DNA from: a virus
DNA length: 64,000 nt
Virus record (IMG/VR): IMGVR_UViG_3300008261_001864
Location: 1 to 64,000 of that record
Reading direction: 5' to 3' (one strand)
Below, piece by piece: positions 1 to 8,511 of the stretch. The notes under the pieces are model-generated. The model did not search any database, was not told the DNA's origin, and saw only the letters and a list, made by a program, of their open reading frames with translations. The position numbers and the translations under genes are program-made. Position 1 is the stretch's first letter. Every line of letters starts with the position of its first letter.

Positions 1-1193
1 GCCGTGACGCGGATCGCCTTGATGGTCTGGTCCGAGGGGGCGTCGAACGAGTAGGGTCGCAGGATCGTCTCCACGATGCCCCGCAAGGCACGCGCCCCCG
101 TGGGCCGCTTCCGTGCCTCTGCCGCGATAGCCCGCAGGGCTTCCTCGTCGAACTGGAGGTCAATGCCGTCCATGCTAAAGAGCGCCTGGAACTGCTTGAC
201 GATGGCGTTCTTCGGCTCCGTCAGGATGCGGACCATTTCCTGCTCGGTGAGTTCCAGCGTGGTGGTCAGGACCGGCAGACGCCCCATGAGTTCGGGGATG
301 AGGCCGAACTCCAGAACGTCGTCCTCCGTCGCCTGTAGATAGACGTCGGTACGAGACAGCTTCTTGGCCTCACGCGCTCCGAAGCCGATGCCCGCCCCAC
401 GGTTGACCCGCTTCTCGATGACCTCCTCAAGGCCCGCAAACGATCCCGCACACACGAACAGAACGTTCGTGGTGTCGAAGGCATCCCCGTACATAGACAT
501 CCCGCCCCGTGAACCCATGCCACGCGGGACAACCATCTTGGAGCCTTCCAGAAGTTTGAGGAGCGCCTGCTGGACCCCCTCGCCGCTGACGTCGCGGTAC
601 CCCGTGGCCCCACGCCCAGACTTGCGGGCCAGCTTGTCGAACTCGTCGATGAAGATGATGCCCCATTGGGCACGCTCCACTTCACCGTCGGCGTCCTGCA
701 CCAACCCTTGCAGGAGGCTCTCAACGTCGTCGCCAACGTATCCGGCCTGCGTGAGACGGGTGGCATCCCCGACGAAGAACGGGACCTTGAGCATACGGGC
801 GATGCTGCGAGCCAACTCCGTCTTGCCGGTTCCGCTCGGACCCATCAACAGGATGTTGGACTTCTGAACCTCCACCCCGAGGTCGAGTCCGTTCTTGACT
901 GCTTCCCGCCGCTTGTAGTGGTTATAGACCGCGATGGCCAGGTCTGTCTTGGCCTTGTCCTGCGCGATAACGTGCCCGTCGAGGATCGCCTTGATCTCTC
1001 GTGGCTTGCGGAGAGGTTCTTCCTTGGCGGCCGTCTGTACGTCGGCCTTCTGGGACTGCGTGTACGCCTTGTGCCCGTCCTCCAGACAGCGGTTGCAGAT
1101 GTAGGGGCCACCGTCGTTGCCGATCAGAGCCTTGACCTCGTTACGGGGCCGGTTGCAGAAGCCACACTTGGCGGTTGTCTTGGTGGTCGTCAT
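1..1193 (-). CDS. clpX: ClpX AAA+ unfoldase (3' end runs off the window; not in the ORF track)
   Basis: Manual translation from ATG at 1193: Zn domain CGFC...ICNRC, AVYNHYKR, Walker A NILLMGPSGTGKT, pore loop QAGYVGDDVE, Walker B IIFIDEFDK, RDVSGEGVQQALLKLLEG, IGF loop AGIGFG. Confidence 0.97.
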   Translation of the reverse strand, partial: MTTTKTTAKCGFCNRPRNEVKALIGNDGGPYICNRCLEDGHKAYTQSQKADVQTAAKEEPLRKPREIKAILDGHVIAQDKAKTDLAIAVYNHYKRREAVKNGLDLGVEVQKSNILLMGPSGTGKTELARSIARMLKVPFFVGDATRLTQAGYVGDDVESLLQGLVQDADGEVERAQWGIIFIDEFDKLARKSGRGATGYRDVSGEGVQQALLKLLEGSKMVVPRGMGSRGGMSMYGDAFDTTNVLFVCAGSFAGLEEVIEKRVNRGAGIGFGAREAKKLSRTDVYLQATEDDVLEFGLIPELMGRLPVLTTTLELTEQEMVRILTEPKNAIVKQFQALFSMDGIDLQFDEEALRAIAAEARKRPTGARALRGIVETILRPYSFDAPSDQTIKAIRVT

Positions 1194-1196
1194 GAT

Positions 1197-1236
1197 CCCC
1201 TCTTACACCGACGAGCGATAAGGCCCGTATGGTTTT
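1197..1236 (-). promoter_or_regulatory. Class A repeated motif (AAAA-N23-GGTGTAAGAGGGG) upstream of clpX
   Basis: GGTGTAAGAGGGG ends 3 nt before the ATG. The same motif precedes starts at 5481, 8430 and 18920. Confidence 0.6.
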
Positions 1237-1267
1237 GGCTCCGATGCCTCGAACGGACCATCGGCAC

Positions 1268-1302
1268 ACCCACTAGGCAGAGCGTTCGCGGACAATCAAC
1301 CG
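1268..1302 (-). promoter_or_regulatory. Class B promoter-like motif CGGTTGATT-N16-CCTAGTGGGT
   Basis: Same two boxes with identical spacing occur at 18971-19005 (+). TTGATT resembles a sigma70 -35 box. Confidence 0.6.
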
Positions 1303-1306
1303 AGGC

Positions 1307-1344
1307 AACAAAAAAGCCGCCTGACCCGAAGGCCAGACGGCTTT
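1307..1344 (-). terminator. Intrinsic terminator after the amidase gene
   Basis: Minus strand AAAGCCGTCTGGCC-TTCG-GGTCAGGCGGCTTT then TTTGTT: long stem, cUUCGg loop, U-tract. Confidence 0.88.
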
Positions 1345-1362
1345 AGCCTGCAAGCACGCCCC

Positions 1363-2109
1363 TTAGACGTCCGCGTACACGATGCAGTCGGCGTCCCAGA
1401 CAAGCCCATCGCACTTGATCTCGAAGGGGTTGGCTGTAATCGCACAGACGCCACCATGCCCGAAATCGTTGTGGGACTCCTTGCCGTAGCGGTTCGACAC
1501 CAACAGGGTGATGTTGTTGTCCCGCACAAAGTCGATCCATGCGATGGCGGGAAACCCGCCGTTCCCCCAATTTGACGAGAACGCAACGAGGTCCGCATCG
1601 CCCGACTCGTAGAAGTCAGACCACTTATCGTTCTTGCGGTCCCTGACGTCACGGCAGATGAGTAGCCCGACCTTCTTGGTGCCATGCTCGCCAAAGTCAC
1701 ACGATAGGATCGGGGGGTTGGCTCGGCCTTCATCGGCCCATAGCCAATCGTTACCCCACGGGTTCACCTTCTGGTAACTGACCCACTGACCGTTCGGTGC
1801 GACCAACACCTGCGAGTTGTGAACCTTGCCGGTCTGCGGGACCTTCTCGACCATCCCCCAGACGACGTGGACGCCCAGCCGCTCCGACAAGGCTTTCATG
1901 ACCTTGAAGGTCTGGCCTTCCGGGATAGGCTCCGCACACTCGGCGGCCTCGGCCTTCGACATGAAGGAGTATCCCGTGGTTGCCAGTTCCGGCAGCACCA
2001 CCAGCTTGGCCCCGTTCTGGGCCGCTTCCTTCACAAAGCCCGCGAGCTTCCGCAGGTTGTCCTGCATGGCCTTGAAAACGGGGGCGAACTGGACGACGGC
2101 AACCTTCAT
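1363..2109 (-). CDS. Nitrilase/carbon-nitrogen hydrolase superfamily amidase
   Basis: MKVAVVQFAP start; Glu-Lys-Cys triad in VVLPELATTGY, YQKVN and GLLICRD; SNRYG. Confidence 0.92.
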   Translation of the reverse strand: MKVAVVQFAPVFKAMQDNLRKLAGFVKEAAQNGAKLVVLPELATTGYSFMSKAEAAECAEPIPEGQTFKVMKALSERLGVHVVWGMVEKVPQTGKVHNSQVLVAPNGQWVSYQKVNPWGNDWLWADEGRANPPILSCDFGEHGTKKVGLLICRDVRDRKNDKWSDFYESGDADLVAFSSNWGNGGFPAIAWIDFVRDNNITLLVSNRYGKESHNDFGHGGVCAITANPFEIKCDGLVWDADCIVYADV

Positions 2110-2147
2110 GGTGGGTATCTCCTATGGGGGGCGTCCCATCAAAAGAA

Positions 2148-2552
2148 CTACGGGGTCGCCATAAACTGCCGTTCCCAGAGTTTCACCTTCGGGCCTCGCC
2201 ACGTCATCGGGTTCCGCACAGGGCTGCCCACCATGAGGCTCGTGCTGACCTTGCCGGTCCGCTCCCCTCGCTGAAAGACAAAGCCTTCGGTCGAGCGATA
2301 CACCACACCGTGACCCCGCTCCTGCAAAGCACGCAGCCCAGCCAGAGGGTCTGCGACGTCGGATCGGAACCGCATGAACTTGGTGGCGTTCACCTCGATG
2401 ATGCCGAGGCTCTCAAGGCCAAAGAAAAGAGTCTTGGCCTTCTTGGCCGCCTCGCAGAACATCCCTGCGATCTGGTGGGGCGTCACCGTCGTCATCATCT
2501 CGACGGCGAAGAAGGTGGTCATCGGGGGCGGCTTGGTGGTCGGTGTCGTCAT
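2148..2552 (-). CDS. Hypothetical protein
   Basis: 134 aa ORF with its start overlapping the thyX stop. Confidence 0.7.
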   Translation of the reverse strand: MTTPTTKPPPMTTFFAVEMMTTVTPHQIAGMFCEAAKKAKTLFFGLESLGIIEVNATKFMRFRSDVADPLAGLRALQERGHGVVYRSTEGFVFQRGERTGKVSTSLMVGSPVRNPMTWRGPKVKLWERQFMATP

Positions 2553-3379
2553 CAGAGGGCCGGTTCGTAGATGGCCTCGTTGGCCTGTAGTTTGCGGAAC
2601 TGCTGCCAGCCCGTGAAGTTGCCGCTGATCTCGGGGGATTCCAACGCTTGGGCAACGTGTTCAAAGGGACTCATGTGGCCGCTCGCCTGCAACCGCTGGC
2701 AGAGGTCGATGTCGGCCTTCGGGTCACGCTTGCCGTCATGGGTCAGGTAGGAGACTCGGGCGCACCGCCCCACGGAGATGAGTCGAATCTGCTCCTCCGT
2801 GTAACCATCGGCTCGAAGCTGATCGGCGTCGTCCGTCAACGGCATATGCCAATGACCCACGGGCACGACGGTAGGGGCATGGGCATCGTAGAGCGCCTTC
2901 ATGAGAACGGCGATCTCACGAATCTCGGGCTGCGCGTCCTTGTGCGCCCGCAGGGCAAAGAAGTTCTTGAACTCGGTGGCCGTCACGATCACGGTCTGCC
3001 ACATGAACGGCTCAAGGAGACGGTTCACCAACTGCTTGTGAACGCCAAGGTCGAGGAGGCGGCGAGCGTTGAGGACCGCATCCAACTTGGCCCCTTCCCA
3101 CAGGCCGTCCGCGATGCGGCGCTCCTTGTCGCTGAGTTCCTCGTCGGCCTGCATCCCCTTCTGGTTCTTCCCCCAATAGGTCGGCACGAACGGATCAGCC
3201 TCCACACGGGCCAGCATCTTCTCGACGGGGATGGCGCGGGACGACGCGGAGTTGCGTGAAAACTGGCGGTGCGTGTTGAACTCGGCCAACACGATGCGAG
3301 GAAACGTCACCTCGAAGGTGGTGAGCCGTTGGCCCGAGGGGGCCATATGGTCAGCGAGAATCTTCGCAGAGTACGCCAC
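2552..3379 (-). CDS. thyX: FAD-dependent thymidylate synthase (phage-type ThyX)
   Basis: EFNTHRQFSRNSASSR motif (variant of RHRx7S), FFALRAHKDAQPEIR, CARVSY, HMSPFEH. Confidence 0.9.
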   Translation of the reverse strand: MAYSAKILADHMAPSGQRLTTFEVTFPRIVLAEFNTHRQFSRNSASSRAIPVEKMLARVEADPFVPTYWGKNQKGMQADEELSDKERRIADGLWEGAKLDAVLNARRLLDLGVHKQLVNRLLEPFMWQTVIVTATEFKNFFALRAHKDAQPEIREIAVLMKALYDAHAPTVVPVGHWHMPLTDDADQLRADGYTEEQIRLISVGRCARVSYLTHDGKRDPKADIDLCQRLQASGHMSPFEHVAQALESPEISGNFTGWQQFRKLQANEAIYEPAL

Positions 3380-3950
3380 GGTCGATCCTTTCGGTTTGGA
3401 GGCGCACCGCTTCTACCACGTCGTCCCATGAGGTCGCACGAGTTAGTCCACGGTCTAGCCTGTTGTAGGGCGCTTCCCATAACAGCCCTATGCCGTCTGG
3501 GTTCTCCTTCGTCCAAGCCATGACGTTCTCGGGCTTGTCGTCCACGAACACGTCGCCCCTGCACAGGTGCTTGGCCTCCGTATAGACAAGGTGCGTATCG
3601 GGGATGCCAACCTGTCGAGACAGCCAGCCTGCTCGGTCGGTGTACCAAAAGGGTGAGTTCCTCATCGGAGCCGTCACCGCGTACACCTCGGCCACCCCTT
3701 GGAGGCGAGACACTCCCTCCGAGACACCCTCGTAGCGGGCGAGCCTGGCCGCTACACCAGGTCTCGCACACTCGTAGAAGAACTCGTGCTTCCACGCTGG
3801 ATCGAAGGTCTGGAACAGGTCCCAATCCGTGAACTGCTCACGGGTGTAGGTCCTGCCGCTCAACTCCTCCATCGTCTGGATGGCGAAGCCAAGGAAGTCG
3901 GCCAGCACCCCATCAACGTCCAGCAACACCCTCGGCCTTCTCTGCGCCAC
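3351..3950 (-). CDS. HAD-family 5'(3')-deoxyribonucleotidase (NT5C-like)
   Basis: LLDVDGVLADF, VTAP, KHL..GDVFVDDKPEN, APYN, SWDDV motifs. Confidence 0.9.
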   Translation of the reverse strand: MAQRRPRVLLDVDGVLADFLGFAIQTMEELSGRTYTREQFTDWDLFQTFDPAWKHEFFYECARPGVAARLARYEGVSEGVSRLQGVAEVYAVTAPMRNSPFWYTDRAGWLSRQVGIPDTHLVYTEAKHLCRGDVFVDDKPENVMAWTKENPDGIGLLWEAPYNRLDRGLTRATSWDDVVEAVRLQTERIDRGVLCEDSR

Positions 3951-4665
3951 GGTAAATCTCCAACTTCTTGAGCCAGTAGATGATCGACATGGGCTGAGTT
4001 CCGAATCGGGCGGCGATCTTATGGGGCGACAGCCCCTCCCCGTACAGGCGAATCACCTCATCGACGTCAACTCGGCCGTGTGTGGGCGCTCCCATGACCT
4101 CGCTGACGAGGTTCCCACAGACCTGTTCTCGGAGGTCGGGGTCCGCATAGACGTAGTTGCGGAGTGTATACATCGAGACGCCACAGACCTCGGCCAACTC
4201 CCGCCATGTCCTCCCCACCGCGAGCCGGATGATCTCATCGTCGGGGGGCTTCTTGTGGGACTTGTCCTTCAAGACCACCCCGTGCTTGTCCGCGATCAGT
4301 TTGACCTCGGCGGGAGTGGTGCCAATCTCGGTGGCGATCTCCTTGGCGGTACGCTCGGGTGACAAAGCCGCCTGTATGCGGGCGTGCCGCTCCTCTCGCT
4401 TCGCATCCGAGAGCCGTGGCAGGTCGGCTCCAGCCTTCTTGCGCCATTGGGAAACCGCCTGCCGCGACACTCCAAGGCGGGCCTGGACCTCATCGGTGGT
4501 CAGTTCGTACAACTTCTCGGTCAGCCAGTAGTGTCGCAACTCGTCGGGATCAGGGTAACGGGCATCCGGCCCCAACCCCCGCACAGCCTCGGCCTTGTTG
4601 GGGAACATCCCGTACCGCACAGGCGCACTCCCCTGCTGAGAGCAGAACAGCTTGAGGCCACTCAT
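3913..4665 (-). CDS. Multi-helix-turn-helix DNA-binding protein
   Basis: About four HTH-like segments: TDEVQARLGVSRQAVSQW, TAKEIATEIGTTPAEV, TWRELAEVCGVSMYTL, SPHKIAARFGTQPMSI. Confidence 0.8.
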   Translation of the reverse strand: MSGLKLFCSQQGSAPVRYGMFPNKAEAVRGLGPDARYPDPDELRHYWLTEKLYELTTDEVQARLGVSRQAVSQWRKKAGADLPRLSDAKREERHARIQAALSPERTAKEIATEIGTTPAEVKLIADKHGVVLKDKSHKKPPDDEIIRLAVGRTWRELAEVCGVSMYTLRNYVYADPDLREQVCGNLVSEVMGAPTHGRVDVDEVIRLYGEGLSPHKIAARFGTQPMSIIYWLKKLEIYRGAEKAEGVAGR

Positions 4666-5090
4666 AGCGTCTCCTTGATCTGGAGGGACAGCCGCTCCAT
4701 CTCCGCGATCAGTTCCCGCTGCCGCTCCATGAGAGCCAACACCTTCTCCTCCTTGGTCGGCTCGGGCGGCTTAGGCGGGGGCGGCGGCTCCACCTTGACC
4801 CACAGGGGAAGCTGCGGCGCTCCAAGGAACAGACCGAGTTCCTCCAGGTAGAACTCGATGATCTCCACGGTCTGGCGTCCGAGATTCTGGATTTTCAGCA
4901 ACTCGAACCTTGACATCTTAGCAAGGTCGGCAAGTGTCTTGATGGCCCGACGGTCAAACACCCCCTGTGCGCGGTTGCCGAACGGCACCACATGAACGGG
5001 CGTCTCCAGCAACTTCTCTCGCGGCAACGCCTTCAAGTGAGCAAATAGAGGCTTGTCCTTGGTGTAAATCTTCATCGCTCTAGCGGCCAT
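4662..5090 (-). CDS. Stand-alone RNA polymerase alpha-subunit C-terminal-domain-like protein
   Basis: NRAQGVFDRRAIKTLADLAKMSRFELLKIQNLGRQTVEIIEFYLEELGLFLG follows the alpha-CTD pattern. Start moved to ATG 5090, which has a GGAGG RBS. Pro-rich linker and C-terminal coiled coil. Confidence 0.82.
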   Translation of the reverse strand: MAARAMKIYTKDKPLFAHLKALPREKLLETPVHVVPFGNRAQGVFDRRAIKTLADLAKMSRFELLKIQNLGRQTVEIIEFYLEELGLFLGAPQLPLWVKVEPPPPPKPPEPTKEEKVLALMERQRELIAEMERLSLQIKETL

Positions 5091-5133
5091 GTGTACCTCC
5101 TGCGCCGCTATCAGAGCGGCAGCATGGGGTAAC

Positions 5134-5162
5134 AGGTAACACAGCGTAAGAGCAACTGTCAA
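5134..5162 (-). promoter_or_regulatory. Sigma70-like promoter upstream of the alpha-CTD gene
   Basis: Perfect TTGACA (5157-5162), 17-18 nt before an imperfect -10 (TTACCT/TACCTG), in an AT-richer gap. Confidence 0.5.
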
Positions 5163-5172
5163 GCGTTGTCGA

Positions 5173-5481
5173 TCAATCTTTTGACAAATCCACACTGGCC
5201 CGCTGGATGGCGGCTTCCAGCGAGGCGGGCAGGGCGTCATCGTCGAGGAAGTCATCGACGTCGAAGGCAGACCGCATGAGGCGTGAGAAGGCGTCATCGG
5301 AGTCCCGCCAGCCGTCGATGAAGTGCCGCAGGGCAGCGGTCACTTGATCCTGCTCCTCTTGCGTGCGGGCACGACGGTACATGGCCTCGAAGCGGGCCAC
5401 CTCGTCGGGTTTCATGTTGGTGGTGAGTCCTCGGAACCGAAGGACGTCGATGAGCAGGTTCTTCCGCTTCCGCTTGTTCAT
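5173..5481 (-). CDS. Hypothetical protein
   Basis: 102 aa ORF directly after a class A motif; basic N-terminus, acidic C-terminal part. Confidence 0.75.
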   Translation of the reverse strand: MNKRKRKNLLIDVLRFRGLTTNMKPDEVARFEAMYRRARTQEEQDQVTAALRHFIDGWRDSDDAFSRLMRSAFDVDDFLDDDALPASLEAAIQRASVDLSKD

Positions 5482-5484
5482 ACC

Positions 5485-5522
5485 CCCCTCTTACACCGGG
5501 GCAGGTAGCGACTCGGGCGTTT
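5485..5522 (-). promoter_or_regulatory. Class A repeated motif (AAA-N22-GGTGTAAGAGGGG)
   Basis: Exact 13-mer before ATG 5481; overlaps the TAA stop of the upstream gene. Confidence 0.6.
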
Positions 5523-5712
5523 CTTCGGAGCCGTCCAGCCGATTGACCTCCTCGACCACACAGCCCTGCTGGGCAAGCCACTCCATGAAAGCGGGGGCTT
5601 CCTCGTCGGTGAGTGTCGTGGTGAAGAGGTTGACGCCTGGGAATAGAACGAGCCGTTGGTCGGGCATCGCCACTTCCTCGTTCGTGCGAACAACCATCGA
5701 GTAGTAACCCAT
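5491..5712 (-). CDS. Small acidic hypothetical protein (start may be 5667)
   Basis: Fills the gap between flanking genes; two plausible ATGs with RBS-like sequences. Confidence 0.6.
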   Translation of the reverse strand: MGYYSMVVRTNEEVAMPDQRLVLFPGVNLFTTTLTDEEAPAFMEWLAQQGCVVEEVNRLDGSEETPESLPAPV

Positions 5713-5723
5713 GCCCTGCACCC

Positions 5724-6860
5724 CTAGTCGAGAACAGTGACGGTCGCTTCTCGGGGAAGCCGTAGTCCGACGGCCTTCGACCAATCCACCCACAGCGTGT
5801 ACTCGACAGAGGCCACAACCTCCCAGCGATCTAGGACCTCTCGGGAAGCCACCCGATAGGTGTCGGAGTGGACTTCCAAGACGCCTACGCTGCCCCGCAG
5901 GCCCACGGCAAGGTCACCATCGAGCGCGAGGTACGGCCAATCCTGCCGCCGACACTCCTCGACGACGGCTGCGGGGCCAGCCCAGAAGGTCGCCTCGTCA
6001 ATGTCCTCGGGAGTCACTTCGTCGATGTCTCGGATGTCGGGACACGCAAGCGCCAGCGTGCGAGCCATCTCGATGACCCATTGGGTGCCGATCACGCTCT
6101 GCTGGTGGGTCAGCACGTCGAACCGCAGGTTGAGGCTCTTGAAGTCTGCCAACCCCATGCTGGTCCGCACAAAGGCCGTCGCCCTCGGCAACGGTGTCGC
6201 CCACGAGGGCGGGCCATCCTCCAGCGTGAAGCCGCCAGTACCGTCGGCGTCGAAAGCGTCCAAGAAGTCTCGGGCGTTACCCTTCACACCGGCCAGCAGT
6301 TGGTCGGCGTTCGCCCGTAGGCGCTCCACGATGCCCTTGCGGCCCTCGTGGGTGATAACCTTTGCCATCGACGTTTGAGCCTGCGTGGCCGTCAGCGTAG
6401 CCAACGCATCGCTCTCGCGGGAGCGGTCAAACGTCCATTGAAGCAGGAAGCCTTCGAGGTCGGGCCTCAGACGGGGAAGCGGCTTGACGAGCGTGCCGTC
6501 CTCCCGCTTCACGGGGGCCGGTTGCCAAACGTCCTCCTCGGTGATGCGAGCCAGCACCTTGCCTGTCTCACGGCTCACCAGCAGGATGCCCTCTCCGTCC
6601 TGTAGGAACTCGTCCGACAGGTAGAGGGCGGCCTCCCGCAACTCGGCGGCCTCACCTTCCAGTTGCTCTTGGAAGGTCGGACAGAGGGCGTCGGCAAGTT
6701 TGTCAGCCGACCAGCCTTCGGCCTTCGCGGTCAGGAAGGCTGCCTGTAGGGAAGCATCCCGCTGCACGAGGCCACGGGCTGCCAAAAGAGAACCCGAGGC
6801 GGGACGCGCCAGCGTCCTCACCTCGGAGGCCAAACGGGTCAGAGCGTTTTCAGTCGTCAT
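5724..6860 (-). CDS. Hypothetical protein; C-terminal half possibly a degenerate HK97/encapsulin-like fold
   Basis: 378 aa ORF overlapping the AAA+ gene stop. The fold guess rests only on weak pattern resemblance. Confidence 0.6.
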   Translation of the reverse strand: MTTENALTRLASEVRTLARPASGSLLAARGLVQRDASLQAAFLTAKAEGWSADKLADALCPTFQEQLEGEAAELREAALYLSDEFLQDGEGILLVSRETGKVLARITEEDVWQPAPVKREDGTLVKPLPRLRPDLEGFLLQWTFDRSRESDALATLTATQAQTSMAKVITHEGRKGIVERLRANADQLLAGVKGNARDFLDAFDADGTGGFTLEDGPPSWATPLPRATAFVRTSMGLADFKSLNLRFDVLTHQQSVIGTQWVIEMARTLALACPDIRDIDEVTPEDIDEATFWAGPAAVVEECRRQDWPYLALDGDLAVGLRGSVGVLEVHSDTYRVASREVLDRWEVVASVEYTLWVDWSKAVGLRLPREATVTVLD

Positions 6861-8430
6861 TGGCAATCAGTTTGAGTGCGCCTGTCTTACGGTCAGGGGC
6901 CGATGCGAACTTCGCACGGATGCCGTCATTGGCATCCTCATCATAGCCCACCCACTCCAGAATCTCACGAACGTCGTCTGTCATGGTGCGGATAATGCGG
7001 GGCTTGTAGGCCAACTCGGTAGCCAACACTTCCTCGTCGAGCGACGGCTTGCCTTGGTCGAAAGACTCGATCATGGCGGCCCCGATAGCCTGCTCCATCT
7101 CGCGCCCCACCATGCCACCAGCCTTTTCAGCCAGCAAGGCCAGATTGAAGTCCTCGACGTTCTGCCCCGCCTTTCGCAGGTGAATCTTGAGGATGTCAAC
7201 CCGATCTTCTTCGGCAGGCATATCGAAGAAGAACCGCTCGTCCATGCGGTTCACGAACTCGATGGGCAGGGTCTTGAGGGAGTTCGCGGTCATGGCGAGA
7301 CAGACCGGCGCATCCGTCTCCTGCAACCACGTTGACAGGATGCCGATGGTGCGGCTTGTCGTGCCAGCATCCGACTGCGCGGACGACGCCCCACCCGACA
7401 GCGACTTCTCGGCCTCGTCAATCCACACGATGCAGGGAGCCGCCGCCTCGATCATGCGGGTCACTCGGTAGATGTTGGCCTCGGACTCACCGACGCCACT
7501 CGACCGCAACTTGCCCATCTCGACCTGCACGACAGGCAAGCCCCAAGCGTGGCCCATCGCCTTGACGGACAGGCTCTTACCACAACCCCACACGCCAGCC
7601 AGCAACACACCCTTGGGAGGACGCAGGCCGAACTTCTGCCCCTGCTCCGTCCATGCTGCCCGCGTCTTACGCGCCCACGCCTTGAAGCGTCCCGCACCAC
7701 CAACGTCGTCGAAGTTGAACGCCGAGGTGTCGATGTACTGCACGAGGTCCGACTTGCGGAGTTGCTTCTGGCGGTAGTCCGAGACGATCTTGGGGTCGAT
7801 GCGGCGAGGGTTCTTGGCATCCTTCTTGGTAGCGATGATGCTCTGCGAGATCGCCATTTTGATCTCGTAGGAGGTCATGCCCTTGAACACCTTGGGAGTG
7901 TTGTCGGGAACGGGCGTGTGGAGTTGACGGGCCGCATCCTCCACGATGGCGAGAATCTCCTCGCTGGTCAGCCCCTTGTCCTGCACGACATCAATGTAGC
8001 GGGACAGCTTCTCGGGAATGACTCGCCGCGAGCCGACGAAAATGACGATCTTGACGACCGTGTTATCCTGGTGCAACTGGTGGGCGATGTTGAGGAACCG
8101 CCGCTGAACGTGCGGGTCCACCAGCCAACGCTCGGGGTCCGTCACGACGTAGATGTTCTGCTCACGCTTGGGATCATCCCGATACATCTGGATGAGAGCC
8201 TGATGGATGCCCAGCGTGTTGGGGTCCTCCGTGTGGGTCCGCTGCTTCCAATCGTTCACGAGATTGTCGAGCGGCACCAACCCCATCGCAGCGTTGTAAA
8301 CCCACGTCCGCTTCGAGAAGTCCTTGAGGGTCTGCTGTAGGTTGACAAGGAAGCGGTCCTCCTCGTCGGTCACGAAGTAGATGAAGCGGGCCAGACTGCG
8401 AAGGTGGAATGTCAACTCTGGGTTCGTCAT
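6850..8430 (-). CDS. Ycf46-family AAA+ ATPase
   Basis: Degenerate N-terminal ATPase-like domain (VTDEEDR), then FDDVGG, PPKGVLLAGVWGCGKSL, GVGESEAN, APCIVWIDEAEK, DAGTTSR, MTAN, RMDERFFFDMP. Confidence 0.9.
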   Translation of the reverse strand: MTNPELTFHLRSLARFIYFVTDEEDRFLVNLQQTLKDFSKRTWVYNAAMGLVPLDNLVNDWKQRTHTEDPNTLGIHQALIQMYRDDPKREQNIYVVTDPERWLVDPHVQRRFLNIAHQLHQDNTVVKIVIFVGSRRVIPEKLSRYIDVVQDKGLTSEEILAIVEDAARQLHTPVPDNTPKVFKGMTSYEIKMAISQSIIATKKDAKNPRRIDPKIVSDYRQKQLRKSDLVQYIDTSAFNFDDVGGAGRFKAWARKTRAAWTEQGQKFGLRPPKGVLLAGVWGCGKSLSVKAMGHAWGLPVVQVEMGKLRSSGVGESEANIYRVTRMIEAAAPCIVWIDEAEKSLSGGASSAQSDAGTTSRTIGILSTWLQETDAPVCLAMTANSLKTLPIEFVNRMDERFFFDMPAEEDRVDILKIHLRKAGQNVEDFNLALLAEKAGGMVGREMEQAIGAAMIESFDQGKPSLDEEVLATELAYKPRIIRTMTDDVREILEWVGYDEDANDGIRAKFASAPDRKTGALKLIANDD

Positions 8431-8433
8431 AAT

Positions 8434-8474
8434 CCCCTCTTACACCGACTCGAAAAGAAACGGCCCACCTTTTT
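8434..8474 (-). promoter_or_regulatory. Class A repeated motif (AAAAA-N23-GGTGTAAGAGGGG)
   Basis: Exact 13-mer ending 3 nt before ATG 8430; its A-tract lies in the loop of the upstream terminator. Confidence 0.6.
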
Positions 8475-8487
8475 AGGGTGGGCCGTC
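8453..8487 (-). terminator. Intrinsic terminator after the DUF1257-like gene
   Basis: Minus strand ACGGCCCACC-CTAAAAA-GGTGGGCCGT followed by TTCTTTT. Confidence 0.85.
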
Positions 8488-8511
8488 ACGCCGCAAACGT
8501 GTTGCGAGGGA

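Noticed and set aside
1363-2109. Apolipoprotein N-acyltransferase or NAD synthetase
   Set aside because: No TM domain and no fused synthetase domain; a single nitrilase domain only.
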